Origin: Nostoc sp.
GTDB lineage: Bacteria; Cyanobacteriota; Cyanobacteriia; Cyanobacteriales; Nostocaceae
Length of the DNA: 64,000 nt
Direction of reading: 5' to 3'
NCBI GenBank assembly: GCA_036918135.1
Contig: JBALDB010000015.1
Coordinates: forward strand, 96,001 to 160,000
Shown here: piece after piece, positions 42,213 to 53,200 of the stretch
Layout: each line of letters starts with the position of its first letter
Numbering within the stretch: position 1 is the stretch's first letter
Made by a program: the position numbers and the translations under genes
Notes under the pieces: model-generated
The model's input: the letters and a program-made list of their open reading frames with translations, nothing else
The model's database searches: none
Told to the model about the DNA's origin: nothing

Positions 42213-42863
42213 ATGAGTGAGAGTATGGCATTTATCGGTGGGGTTGCTGTTGCTGGCTTGGCGGCTCTGGTATTGCTCAAAGGCACAAATATTCCCCTAC
42301 AACCTAACTTCGCTGTTGCTCCCCAAATGCCGAGTACTGTAGTAGCGCCCCAAGGAATCCAGCCACAATATCCTCCTGGGTATTATGGGCAGCAACCAAT
42401 TTATCCTAGTACTCAGCCAATACCTCCAAATTCTGACCAGCGTCTAGAAATGGAAAAGCTGAACATGCAGATGGACAGTTTAAAAAAGGATAACGAACAG
42501 CTGAAGTTGGTAAACCAGCAACTCCAAGGCCAAGTTCAAAATTTTAATACTCAGCAGCAGTGGCAATTAGCTCAACAGAATAACCAACAAAAAGCTGCAT
42601 TCCAGCCGCAAAATCCTTGGTGGTCTTCACCGATGCTCTGGGCAGTAGGAGGCGCAACTCTGACTATTGGCGGTGGTGTTGTCGTTGCTGGAGTATTGGC
42701 TTTATTCTCGCCACGCCAGCGTCCCACCCGTACTGTACAAGTGATTCACCCTTACCAAGGCCCCACACCGCCTTTGGTTCCAGTACGTCGTGCGGAATTT
42801 TTGCCTGCTTCTCGCTTAGAAGCAAGACGAGTTGAATCCCCAGAATACGACGAAATGCACTAA
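42213..42863 (+). CDS. patN: PatN-like heterocyst patterning membrane protein
   Basis: N-terminal hydrophobic segment, Pro/Gln-rich coiled coil, TM, C-terminal tail; follows trpA. Confidence 0.7.
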   Translation: MSESMAFIGGVAVAGLAALVLLKGTNIPLQPNFAVAPQMPSTVVAPQGIQPQYPPGYYGQQPIYPSTQPIPPNSDQRLEMEKLNMQMDSLKKDNEQLKLVNQQLQGQVQNFNTQQQWQLAQQNNQQKAAFQPQNPWWSSPMLWAVGGATLTIGGGVVVAGVLALFSPRQRPTRTVQVIHPYQGPTPPLVPVRRAEFLPASRLEARRVESPEYDEMH

Positions 42864-43186
42864 TAAGACAGAATTCACCTCATGTCTGGTAAATTACCTG
42901 ACTGTGTTAACTGTTGACATTAAATCCCATCTCTAAAAATAGGTGGGATTATTTATTTTTGACGCATCTACCCCTTTAAGGATGCAGTTGGCAAATAGTA
43001 GAGATGTTGCAATGCAAGGTCTATTTCTATAAAACGTGAGTTCGACCAATCTCTCCCTGCCTTGAACTAGAGTTGAAGTCTATCCCTCTCAGATCAAAGA
43101 GGGAGGGTTTTACGTAGTAAAACTAGGGAGAGGTTTTTTAATTGAGTTAAAGTTACTCTCATAGCGATCGCTTCTAAAATAGAAGA

Positions 43187-43987
43187 ATGCTATCAGCTTC
43201 CACTCAATTACTCCGATTGTCTCAAGGACAACTTAACTTACTAGAAGCTTGTCCGCGTAAATTTCAACACACTTACTTAGAACAACTCAATTCTCCTGCA
43301 AATCCCGAACACGAGGAACGGCAGACTTTAGGTAGTCGCTTTCACCTGCTAATGCAGCAGCGAGAAATGGGTTTGCCAATTGATAGTTTCTTGCAAGCAG
43401 ATGCTCAACTGCAAAGCTGGATGGCTGGCTTTGCCGATGCAGCCCCAGAAATATTAACGCCTGCAAGCGATAATCAAACTTTTCGTGAAAGCGAACACTA
43501 CCGTACTCTGCAAGTTCAGGATTATTTATTGACGGTTGTCTATGATTTATTGATTGCAGATAACCAACAAGCGCAAATTCTCGACTGGAAAACTTATCCC
43601 AAACCACTCCATAAACGCAAGTTAGAATCCAACTGGCAAACACGGCTTTATATGTATGTTTTGGCTGAAACTAGCGCTTATTTGCCAGAAAATATTTCTA
43701 TGACTTACTGGTTTGTTCAATCTGAGGGCAAACCACAAAATATTAAGTTTAATTACAATACTACTCAACACACGAAAACAGCAAAAAAACTTAATCAACT
43801 GTTAAATCAGTTAACTAATTGGTTGGAAGATTACCAAAATAACAAAGAATTTCCGCAAGTGGCACCGGGTAGTAAAACTTGTGATTATTGTCAGTTTACC
43901 CAGCGGTGCGATCGCATATCATTTACAGAAGAAACAGTCAAAGATACCTTGCCAAATTTCGACAGCATTCAAGAAGTTTCACTCTAA
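43187..43987 (+). CDS. PD-(D/E)XK (RecB/Cas4-like) nuclease family protein
   Basis: CPRKF, LG..FH, YDLL, ILDWKT, QxxLY, CxxC...C. Confidence 0.85.
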   Translation: MLSASTQLLRLSQGQLNLLEACPRKFQHTYLEQLNSPANPEHEERQTLGSRFHLLMQQREMGLPIDSFLQADAQLQSWMAGFADAAPEILTPASDNQTFRESEHYRTLQVQDYLLTVVYDLLIADNQQAQILDWKTYPKPLHKRKLESNWQTRLYMYVLAETSAYLPENISMTYWFVQSEGKPQNIKFNYNTTQHTKTAKKLNQLLNQLTNWLEDYQNNKEFPQVAPGSKTCDYCQFTQRCDRISFTEETVKDTLPNFDSIQEVSL

Positions 43988-44137
43988 CTTAAAGATTAAC
44001 AGCAAAAATTCAGAAGTAGGCATCTAAAAATCAAAATAGTTAATGAATTAAGAAAATATTTGATGAAGAAATTTACTAAAAATATAGATACATTTTAATT
44101 TGTAACTTATTTCATTAGATTTAAAAATTGAAAATTT

Positions 44138-44779
44138 ATGCCCCCCTTTGACGAAACTGAAGCGATTTACGTTCGTGAATTAGGAATAGATGACATTGCT
44201 CCCGTTTATCACTTGGGAGAAGAGTTATTTACCAGTGATTTATATCCTTATTTATATCGTACTTGGGACGAATGGGAAGTAATTGGACTTTATAATACAG
44301 ACCCAGAATATTGCCTTGTGGCTGAAACAGATGGAGAACTAGCAGGCTTTGTTTTAGGAACCATCATTACCAAAGCATCTTGGACTTACGGTTACATTTT
44401 ATGGTTGGGAGTTAGTCCCAGATTCCAGCGTCGGGGAGTAGCAGACAAGTTAGTTGATAAAGTAGTCGCTCGAATGATTGAAGATGGGGCACGGTTTATG
44501 TTAGTAGATACTGACCCCACCAATACTTCAGCATTAAAGTTTTTTCACCGCAAAGGTTTTGGTAATATCCGCCAGCATATTTTCTTATCAATGAATTTAA
44601 GTAAACATGAATATTATGGCAGATTAATTGATTACGAACACCAAAAAGCCGAAAGAGCAGGTTATAAGCGATCGCGTCCAGCAATTCGCGCTCGGAAACC
44701 CGATAGCGCTGCTAATGAAATACTAATTAATCCGTTAGTGAGTGAATCTCAAATTACTGAAGAAGAATTGCCAATTTGA
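44138..44779 (+). CDS. GNAT family N-acetyltransferase
   Basis: VSPRFQRRGVA acetyl-CoA motif, N..AL.FF...GF. Confidence 0.9.
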   Translation: MPPFDETEAIYVRELGIDDIAPVYHLGEELFTSDLYPYLYRTWDEWEVIGLYNTDPEYCLVAETDGELAGFVLGTIITKASWTYGYILWLGVSPRFQRRGVADKLVDKVVARMIEDGARFMLVDTDPTNTSALKFFHRKGFGNIRQHIFLSMNLSKHEYYGRLIDYEHQKAERAGYKRSRPAIRARKPDSAANEILINPLVSESQITEEELPI

Positions 44780-45120
44780 TAAAAGTTAGGAGCAGGCGCA
44801 GTGGTAGTATACTACTCGCTACCAATGAAATAAACAAGTCAAATCCTCTTTCCTTCTGTCTTCAAAGTTGAAAAAGGGTGTAGGGTGTATTTTTCATGTA
44901 TGGCAGTAAAACTTGTTTCGTCGGGACTGCCTTCTGACTTGTTTCTTCAGAGTAGAGACGCAATTAACCCAAGTCTTTCCAGAAGTTAGGAGTTATGAAT
45001 TCAAACTATGGTCAATCTTATTAATATTAATTTTTTCAGAGAAAAAGACGTTGAGCAAACTGTGAAACAATAAGTTAGTATCTGGGTAATCTGAAGTTTT
45101 TGCTAAACAAAGGTGGATTC

Positions 45121-46680
45121 ATGTTCCAAGAAATTATTGCTCAGATTGATTATTCTTTCTCATTTCCATATTTAGCGACAGTTTTAGGCATTACTAGCAT
45201 AGCGGGAACACTTAGTTGGCGCTGGTGGAAACAAAAGAATAGATATAACTCTCTACAATCACTTCCTTCTCCTCGCAAATACTGGCTATTAGGAAATCTT
45301 CCGCAAATATTAGCAGCAGTGAAACAGAAGAAGTTATTCTTGCAACTTTTTCATTGGAGTCAACAGCTAGGCCCGATGTATGTTGTCTGGAATGGCAGCT
45401 ATCCAATTGTTGTTTTAACTAAGGTGAAAGTTATTGAAGACACTATTATCAATGGAATGAGAGATGGTAGCTTAATTAGACCTGAGCTATTGCGTCAAGC
45501 TTGGAACGATATAGCTGGTCGCATTATGATAGGAGAAACCGGAAACGAGTGGCAGTGGCGACGTAAGGCTTGGAACCCAGAATTTAGTTCTAGCGGTCTC
45601 TCCAAATATCTTCAAGTTATTAGCCAAGCTTGCGAACAAGTAATTGAGACATTGAAAGAAGCTGCACCACCAAAAGAAGTTGAGGTAGATCCTCTATTTG
45701 TAGAACTAACAATGAGAGTGATTTCTTGTCTAGTACTAGGCATTCCTGTGGATAGAAAGAGTACTAGTGATGAAGGGTCACCTTTGGAAGTTTCCAAAAC
45801 GTATGAAGCGATGTCTATTGTAGGCTATCGGTTCCTACGACAAGCTACTGGTGAGAAGAGATGGATGAAATATTTACCAACTAAGAATTCACGAGATTAT
45901 TGGGCTGCAAGACGATATCTAGAGGAATTTCTGACTCCCCGTGTAGACTTAGCTTTACAGATGAGAGAACAAAACCAGAGCAATTTATTACAAGTCAGTC
46001 CTTTGTTCCGGGAATCAATGTTAGTCAAAATTGCTGCTAAAGAACCAAAATACAATCGTGAAACATTAATAGCAGAATGTGTTGAACTCTTAATAGCTGG
46101 TACTGACACAACAGCCCATACTTTATCCTTTGCAGTAGGAGAGTTGAGCTTAAATCCAAGGGTTTTTCAGCAAGCACAGGACATCGTTGACCAAGTTTGG
46201 CAAAGCTTTGGCTGTATTAATGCAGAAAACGTCAAGGAATTGGCTTATATTAGCGCAATTCTCAAGGAGACATTACGGCTTTATTCAGTCGCCTCAGGCT
46301 CGACTTCATTGGAGACTCAACGCGACACTGTAATTGCTGGTAAAGTGATTCCTGCCCGTACAAGAGTATCCTGGTCAATGCTTGCTGCTGGAAGAGATCC
46401 ACAAGTCTATACTAATCCAGAGGTATTTCTGCCAGAACGTTGGTTAGACAAGAGTAAGGATACTTCACTGCCAATGATACACTTTGGCTCAGGGTCTCAT
46501 CGTTGCTTGGGAGAGCATCTATCAATGCTAGAAGGAACTCTGATGCTAGCATTATTGCTCCGCTACTTCGACTGGGAGTTAGTCAAGGGTCGTTCTTCTC
46601 TAGAAGAATTACAGCAAAACTTATTAATTTATCCGTCTGATAAGATGCCAGTATGCTTTCGGTTGAGAAATTGGGAGTAA
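45121..46680 (+). CDS. Cytochrome P450 with N-terminal membrane anchor (CYP284-like)
   Basis: AGTDTT I-helix, KETLR, PERW, FGSGSHRCLG heme motif. Confidence 0.93.
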   Translation: MFQEIIAQIDYSFSFPYLATVLGITSIAGTLSWRWWKQKNRYNSLQSLPSPRKYWLLGNLPQILAAVKQKKLFLQLFHWSQQLGPMYVVWNGSYPIVVLTKVKVIEDTIINGMRDGSLIRPELLRQAWNDIAGRIMIGETGNEWQWRRKAWNPEFSSSGLSKYLQVISQACEQVIETLKEAAPPKEVEVDPLFVELTMRVISCLVLGIPVDRKSTSDEGSPLEVSKTYEAMSIVGYRFLRQATGEKRWMKYLPTKNSRDYWAARRYLEEFLTPRVDLALQMREQNQSNLLQVSPLFRESMLVKIAAKEPKYNRETLIAECVELLIAGTDTTAHTLSFAVGELSLNPRVFQQAQDIVDQVWQSFGCINAENVKELAYISAILKETLRLYSVASGSTSLETQRDTVIAGKVIPARTRVSWSMLAAGRDPQVYTNPEVFLPERWLDKSKDTSLPMIHFGSGSHRCLGEHLSMLEGTLMLALLLRYFDWELVKGRSSLEELQQNLLIYPSDKMPVCFRLRNWE

Positions 46681-46717
46681 AGCTTTCAGAACGTACTACT
46701 TTTATTCTTTGGATTCT

Positions 46718-46821
46718 TGTATTTCTATAGCAATTCTAAGTTATTCGTAAAAAAATCTATTGCCTATTGTTCGCTTTTAAGAATAATTAGACAACTCATT
46801 TAAGAATGCTATAGAAATACA
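46718..46821. mobile_element. Small MITE-like element with 15-bp perfect inverted ends
   Basis: TGTATTTCTATAGCA ... TGCTATAGAAATACA. Confidence 0.6.
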
Positions 46822-46987
46822 CAGATAAAATATATTATAAGGCAGCTATACTAGAGGCTAAAACATTGCTAATATGGAAATTTCCACTTTTGCGATGTCC
46901 TATTTTAGGTAATTCTAATTATACTTTAAAAAACTACAAAGTAAAAGAATTTAAGATTTAATTTGTTACTTTTCTAACTTAATTTGT

Positions 46988-49351
46988 ATGTCAGCACAAC
47001 AATGGACTCTAGCAACAACAGAACAACCGCCAGAGTGGTTCATCCAAGCAGTGAAACAGCATACACCTGCATCAAATGGATTGTATGCAGCACAATTGTT
47101 GTGGCAACGAGGCATTAAAGAAAAATCACAATTATTAGCTTTTATTAATCAGAAAGCTTATCAAGCAGCAAGTCCCTTTGAATTTGGACAAGAAATGCAA
47201 CTGGCGATCGCCCGTTTACAACAAGCGCGTGATGCTGGTGAAAAAATTGCTATTTGGGGAGATTTTGACGCTGATGGCATTACCTCTACTGCTGTACTTT
47301 GGGATGGGTTAGGAGAGTTTTTTTGCCAAAATACCGAGTTAGTTTATTACATTCCCAATCGCCTAAAAGAATCCCACGGATTGAATAATCAAGGAATTGA
47401 GAATTTAGCAATACAAGGTTGTAAATTAATAGTCACTTGTGACACGGGTAGCACAAACATTAATGAAATTATTTATGCTAAACAGCTAGATATTGATGTC
47501 ATAGTTACCGACCATCACACCTTACCTGAAGAACGCCCACCAGTTGCAGCAATTATCAATCCTCGATATCTGCCCAAGGAACATCAGCTATTTCATCTTT
47601 CTGGAGTAGCGGTAGCTTATAAGTTAGTGGAAGCCCTTTATCAAACTTTGCCTGATATCCCAGAACATCCATTAGAGGATTTATTAGATTTAGTCGCAGT
47701 AGGATTAATTGCTGACTTGGTGCAGCTGAGTGGAGATTGTCGCTATTTAGCACAGTTAGGAATTCAACGCCTGCAAGCAGATTTTCAACAGCCACCCGCA
47801 GCACGACGGCGACCGGGAGTAGGACGATTATTAGAATTGTGCCAGAAAAGCGGCGATCGCCCCACAGATATTTCCTTTGGTTTGGGGCCGCGAATCAACG
47901 CCGTTAGCCGCATCCAAGGTGATGCTAGTTTCTGCGTTGAATTATTAACTAGTCGTAATGCCAAACGTTGTAACGAATTAGCCGAAGTTACAGAATTAGC
48001 AAACACTCGCCGCAAATCCTTGCAGAAAGATGTACAAGCACAAGTAGCCCAAAAACTCACTCAATTAGATTTATCAACCACCAGCGTCATTGTTCTCGAA
48101 GATGCCCAATGGCCTGCGGGTGTATTGGGCTTAGTCGCCGGACAAGTAGCCCAAGAAACAGGACGCCCGACGATTTTATTAAGTACAGAGGGGAGTCAAG
48201 AAGATTCTACCCCTACACCCTTAGCCCGTGGTTCCGCCCGTTCGGTGAATTCTGTCGATTTGTATCAGCTGGTAAAAGACCAAGCACATCTGTTGCACCG
48301 CTTTGGCGGACATCCCTTTGCAGCAGGTTTAAGTTTGCCGATTGAGAACATTCCTTTATTTACAGCAGCAATTAATCAGCAGTTACGGCAATCTTTGGGG
48401 GGTACAATTCTGACGCCAACAGTCCAAGCAGACATAGTGGTAACAGTTGCAGACTTGGGGAAAGAGTTATTTTTAGAACTGAAATTACTAGAACCTTATG
48501 GAATGGGTAACCCTGTACCAAAATTGCTAATTCAAAACTGCTGGTTTGAGAATAGTTGGCATCGCAATCAGCAAGATTGGCGAGGAAAAAAGGTACAGTA
48601 TATTAAAACTGAGTTTGACATTCGAGATGATTCGACTAGAAGTCCCTTTGCTGGTATTTGGTGGGGACACTACAAAGATGAATTGCCGGTCGGAAGGTGT
48701 GATTGTATAGTAGAACTCGACTACAACACCTTCAAAAAACGTTATGAAATTAGATTAATTGCTGTGCGTCCAAGTGAAAATTCAGTACTGGATACTCAAT
48801 ACTTACCATTCATCCTCGACTTGCGGAATCAAGACAACTCAGCACGGGCTAAACGCCCTGCTACCGCTAACAACACTCAGCACTCAGCACTGATTCTCGA
48901 ACATTGTCCGACAAACTGGGATGATTTACGTGCGTGGTTGCGGCGATTAACGACAAGCCACTCGGTGTCTGCGCTTGATAATCAACAACTAGCGATCGCT
49001 TGGTCTAAACCCAACCACCAACCAGCAAAAGAAATTTGGCAAACCTTGGTTGGGATTGCTAAATATCTCAGTCGTACCAATCAATCAGTTACTCGCAGAC
49101 AACTTTTAGATAAACTTGGGGTAAGCGATCGCACCTTATTTTTAGGAATCAAAGCTTTAAAATATTGGGGATTTACAGTTACAAGACAAGACCGCGATTT
49201 GCAAATCACTTGGAATCCTAGCAGCGTCTCTCAAACCAATGCCAATGCAGCGGTTACACAGTTTTTAGCCGCCATCAGCGAAGAACAATTTCAGCAAAAC
49301 TACTTTACAGAGGTGCCCTTATCTACTATTGTTGCCATGATTAATAGTTAG
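46988..49351 (+). CDS. recJ: Single-stranded DNA exonuclease RecJ
   Basis: GDFDADG, TCDTG, TDHH, GPRINA, RGSARS, GGHPFAAG. Confidence 0.93.
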   Translation: MSAQQWTLATTEQPPEWFIQAVKQHTPASNGLYAAQLLWQRGIKEKSQLLAFINQKAYQAASPFEFGQEMQLAIARLQQARDAGEKIAIWGDFDADGITSTAVLWDGLGEFFCQNTELVYYIPNRLKESHGLNNQGIENLAIQGCKLIVTCDTGSTNINEIIYAKQLDIDVIVTDHHTLPEERPPVAAIINPRYLPKEHQLFHLSGVAVAYKLVEALYQTLPDIPEHPLEDLLDLVAVGLIADLVQLSGDCRYLAQLGIQRLQADFQQPPAARRRPGVGRLLELCQKSGDRPTDISFGLGPRINAVSRIQGDASFCVELLTSRNAKRCNELAEVTELANTRRKSLQKDVQAQVAQKLTQLDLSTTSVIVLEDAQWPAGVLGLVAGQVAQETGRPTILLSTEGSQEDSTPTPLARGSARSVNSVDLYQLVKDQAHLLHRFGGHPFAAGLSLPIENIPLFTAAINQQLRQSLGGTILTPTVQADIVVTVADLGKELFLELKLLEPYGMGNPVPKLLIQNCWFENSWHRNQQDWRGKKVQYIKTEFDIRDDSTRSPFAGIWWGHYKDELPVGRCDCIVELDYNTFKKRYEIRLIAVRPSENSVLDTQYLPFILDLRNQDNSARAKRPATANNTQHSALILEHCPTNWDDLRAWLRRLTTSHSVSALDNQQLAIAWSKPNHQPAKEIWQTLVGIAKYLSRTNQSVTRRQLLDKLGVSDRTLFLGIKALKYWGFTVTRQDRDLQITWNPSSVSQTNANAAVTQFLAAISEEQFQQNYFTEVPLSTIVAMINS

Positions 49352-49439
49352 TAATCAGGCGATTGCTTTTAACTTAAGGATTGATTGGGGAAAGATTTTT
49401 TGAAGTGCGATCGCTTAACTCAGGCATGATACTTAAATC

Positions 49440-50228
49440 TTAAACTTCGTCAGGATTTATTCCTAGCTGTCTCAAACGTTCTGCCAAACGCTGGGCTTTT
49501 TGCTGTTCTTGTTCTAGTTGGGATGTTAATAACTGGGATTTTTCTTGTTCTTGTTCTAATTGAGGTGTCAATAACTGCAATTTTTCCTCACCAGTTAGTA
49601 ATAAATTTCCTTGTGTATCCCACCAACGCAACCAAGGTGCTGTAGTATTTCCATAGTTTCCTTGCCAAATACCCAATTCGACACCCATCAAGGAAATCTC
49701 ATAGTGTCCGCGTTCGTTAGCAGCGAGTTGCTGATATCTGCCATCAACTAGGTGATAAACCTCAATAGCAGCTTTGCTAAATTCGTAAATGCCGTAAAAA
49801 GGTACTCGAATTGCTTGCTCGTATACCCAAAATTTACCAGTAATTGGAGTATTATCTCTCTCTTGAGAACCATCTCCAGAAGCGAATTCCAGTACAATTA
49901 GGGGAGCGATATATTCTTGCCACAAAACATACGAACGCCGAAATTGACCATTTAACATAGGTGGAACATTCGGGACATAAAACCAATCAGGTGCTTCGGC
50001 ACCGCGTTCAGGTGGTTCGGTCAAACGCCAGTAAATGCCACAATCTTGACCAATACAATACTGTTTATCTGGGTGAATTTGCTGTAATACACCTTGAACG
50101 GAGTCCGTTATAAGTATGCTTTGCGGGTGTTCTTGAAAATTTTTTACAAAGGTTCCATCCGACTCTGGTAACTCAGTATGGTCGGGAAGGTGAGTAATCC
50201 CCAGTTCGGACAGCTTGACGGTAGTCAT
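49440..50228 (-). CDS. Uma2-family (DUF820) endonuclease-fold protein
   Basis: LPESDG, APDWFYVP, VLEFAS, K..VYE, WLRWWD; likely start MTTVK at 50228. Confidence 0.9.
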   Translation of the reverse strand: MTTVKLSELGITHLPDHTELPESDGTFVKNFQEHPQSILITDSVQGVLQQIHPDKQYCIGQDCGIYWRLTEPPERGAEAPDWFYVPNVPPMLNGQFRRSYVLWQEYIAPLIVLEFASGDGSQERDNTPITGKFWVYEQAIRVPFYGIYEFSKAAIEVYHLVDGRYQQLAANERGHYEISLMGVELGIWQGNYGNTTAPWLRWWDTQGNLLLTGEEKLQLLTPQLEQEQEKSQLLTSQLEQEQQKAQRLAERLRQLGINPDEV

Positions 50229-50296
50229 TGAACTTTGGCGGGAGCGAATCGGCTTATTTATCTTAGCACCGCATTGCCTTTGAGCGTTATTGTGCA

Positions 50297-53200
50297 TCAC
50301 CTACCAGAACACAAAGCGCGATCGCTTTTCATTACCTTCTGGTTAGTCTGTAAATAATCATGCAGCAAATCACAACCCCGTAACAGTAATTTCTCTAGTT
50401 GGATATCTGCCAAATCCTGGAAAATTACTGTACCGTTGGCACTTCCCACAGCTAAAGTCTTACTATCAGGGCTGAAACTGATGCTAGTTAATTCATCTTT
50501 ATAACCTTTCAAAGCAATCAACAATATTCCATCACGGTTCCAAATCCTTACTTTGTCATCACTTGAAGCTGCTAGAGTCTTACCATCTGGACTAAAGCTG
50601 ACACTGATGAAACTATCGCCATCGTCATCAAGATTATTTACTAATTTACCGTCTCGATTCCAAATCTTCACTGTACTATCAGTACTAACTGAGGCGAAAA
50701 TTTGACTATCAGGTGACCAAGCTACCCCATTTACCCGACCGCTATGACCAATTAATGTGTGTAGTAATTTACCATCTTTAGTCCAGAGTTTCACTGTTTT
50801 GTCATCACTCGCTGAGGCTAGTAACTTGCCATCAGGGCTAAAACTTACCCAATTCACTGCATCTTGATGTCCCTGTAAGGTGTTTAACAGTATACCATTT
50901 TGACTCCAAAGCTTTACTGTTTTATCTTTACTAGCTGAGGCAATTACTTGACTATCAGGTGACCAAGCTACACCCAACACAGTATTATTATGACCCTCGA
51001 AGGTGTGGAGCAATTCACCACCCCGACTCCACAACTTGACTGTTTTATCTTTACTAGCTGAGGCAATTACTTTTCCATCGGGACTAAAACTAACTCCCCA
51101 AACTTGATTTTGATGCCCAGTGAAAGTACGCAGTAAGTTCCCCTCTCGATTGAAAAGTTTTACGGTTTTGTCTCGACTTGCTGCGGCTAAAATGTGTCCT
51201 CCAGGGCTAAAACTGATACTTGTTACCCAATCATTATTATCGGCTTTGGGTTTTCGCAGCAATACGTCATCCCAACGCCAGAGTTTAATGGTTTTGTCCC
51301 GACTTGCAGAAGCAAGGGTGCGACCGTCTGGGCTGAAACTAACGCTATTTACCCAATTATTATGTCCCTTGAGAGTACCAAGCAGCACACCTTCAGAACT
51401 CCAAAGTTTCAGCGTCTCGTCGGTGCTTGCAGAAGCAATTGTGTTACCATCGGGGCTAAAACTGACGCTGGTAACTCCAGCACTATGCCCTGATAAGGTT
51501 CTCAGTAAGTTACCTGCCAAATTCCACAATTTGATAGTCTGGTCTAAACTAGCGGAAGCAATTGTTTTACCATCGGGCGACCAAGCTATACCCAAGACTG
51601 CATCATTATGACCTGGAAAGGTTTTCAGCAACTTACCCTCCCGATTCCACAACTTAATGGTATTATCAGCACTCCCAGAAGCAATAGTTTGTCCATCAGG
51701 TGACCAAGCAACAGCCAAAACCGCACTAGTATGTCCCTCTATGGTTTTGAGTAATCTACCGTCCTGAGTCCAAAGTTTTATCGTCTTGTCTGTACTCGCC
51801 GAAGCAATCAGTTGACCATCGGGGCTGAAACTAACACTATTCACCACAGCTTGATGTCCTAATAAAGTGGCTAGTAGCTGACCTTCCCGACTCCATAGTT
51901 TCACTGTTTTATCTTGACTTGCGGAAGCAATAATTTGACTATTGGGGCTGAAACTGACACTATTGACCACATCATCATGTCCCGACAAGGTTTTGAATAA
52001 GCTACCATCAGGACGCCAAAGTTTGATTGTAGTGTCTGCACTGGCTGAAGCAATTAAAGAGCGATCGCGGCTAAATACAACACTATTTACCCCAGATATA
52101 TGTCCGTCGAAACGATTATATTCTCTAACCCCAGAAACCGCTTGATATAGAGCTGTCAGCACTTGCTCTTTTGTATTGGGATCTACCCAGATTGTTTGTT
52201 GTAATTTTTTTGCTGCCTTTAATCCTTCTTTTAAAGCATCAATACCTTTTTGGGAGGCAAATAAAGCTTCGCTAGATACACTTAGGGTTTTAATTTCGCT
52301 ATCTATTGCTGTGACAATGGAAACACTTAAACCGAATATCGCCAGCACAGAAGCAGTCAAGGCGATTTTCAGCGAGCGATTTAATTGAGCTTCACTGAGT
52401 CTTTGTTTTTTTTGGCTTTCTGCTAGTTTAGTTGTTAACTCTTTTTCTTTAAGTTCAGCTCGCAATTGCTCAATTTCTAACTGACTTATTTCTTCACGCT
52501 TTTGTAACTCTCGCAATTCTGTTAATAAATTCAATCCTTGTTGTGGATGAGTATCTATTAATTTGGTTGGCTGCTTTTTTTGGGTTAGTTCGCTTTTAAG
52601 TCGTTCTATTTCCGCTTGACTTTGTTCTACTTTTTGGCGTAGCTGATTGAGTTGTACTTGTAAGCTTGATTCCTGTTGTTGTAAGTAGCGAATTAAGTCT
52701 ACTAAATAATCATGAATTAGTTGATAGCGTTCTGGTACGTCGGGAAACAGCACCACTAACCCAGAGCGGACTAAAATATCTAAAACTAAGTCTAATTTAC
52801 TCGCATCTTCTAATTCTGCTAGCTGCGCGGTTAATTCAGCACGAGTCTTAAAAGGTCGGTTGTTGCTTTCATCTGTTAATAAATATAAAACGAGTAAAGC
52901 CGCTCGTTCATTTTCTGGCCCGCAGTCTTTTATGAGTTCTTTAATATATCGCTCAATTAGTTTGTTCGGTCTATACGGCTGATATTGTTCCAGAGTCGTA
53001 ATTCGCTCATCTTGAATTTGCGCTCCAACAACTTGCAATTCAATCGGGCGGACTTCTCCAAATTCTGTAGATAAATCTTCAATTAAGGCATCAATTAAGG
53101 CAGGCTCTAAGTGTAACTGAGAACGCTTTGTCAAATTTTTAATAATTGCTTTTGCATATTCTGGAGAAAAATTATTTAACTGATAGCGGATATTTTTATC

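Noticed and set aside
43187..43987. Cas4 as evidence of a CRISPR locus
   Set aside because: Solo PD-(D/E)XK nuclease with no cas1, cas2 or array nearby
51120..52388. Several plus-strand ORFs
   Set aside because: Antisense shadows of WD40 repeats
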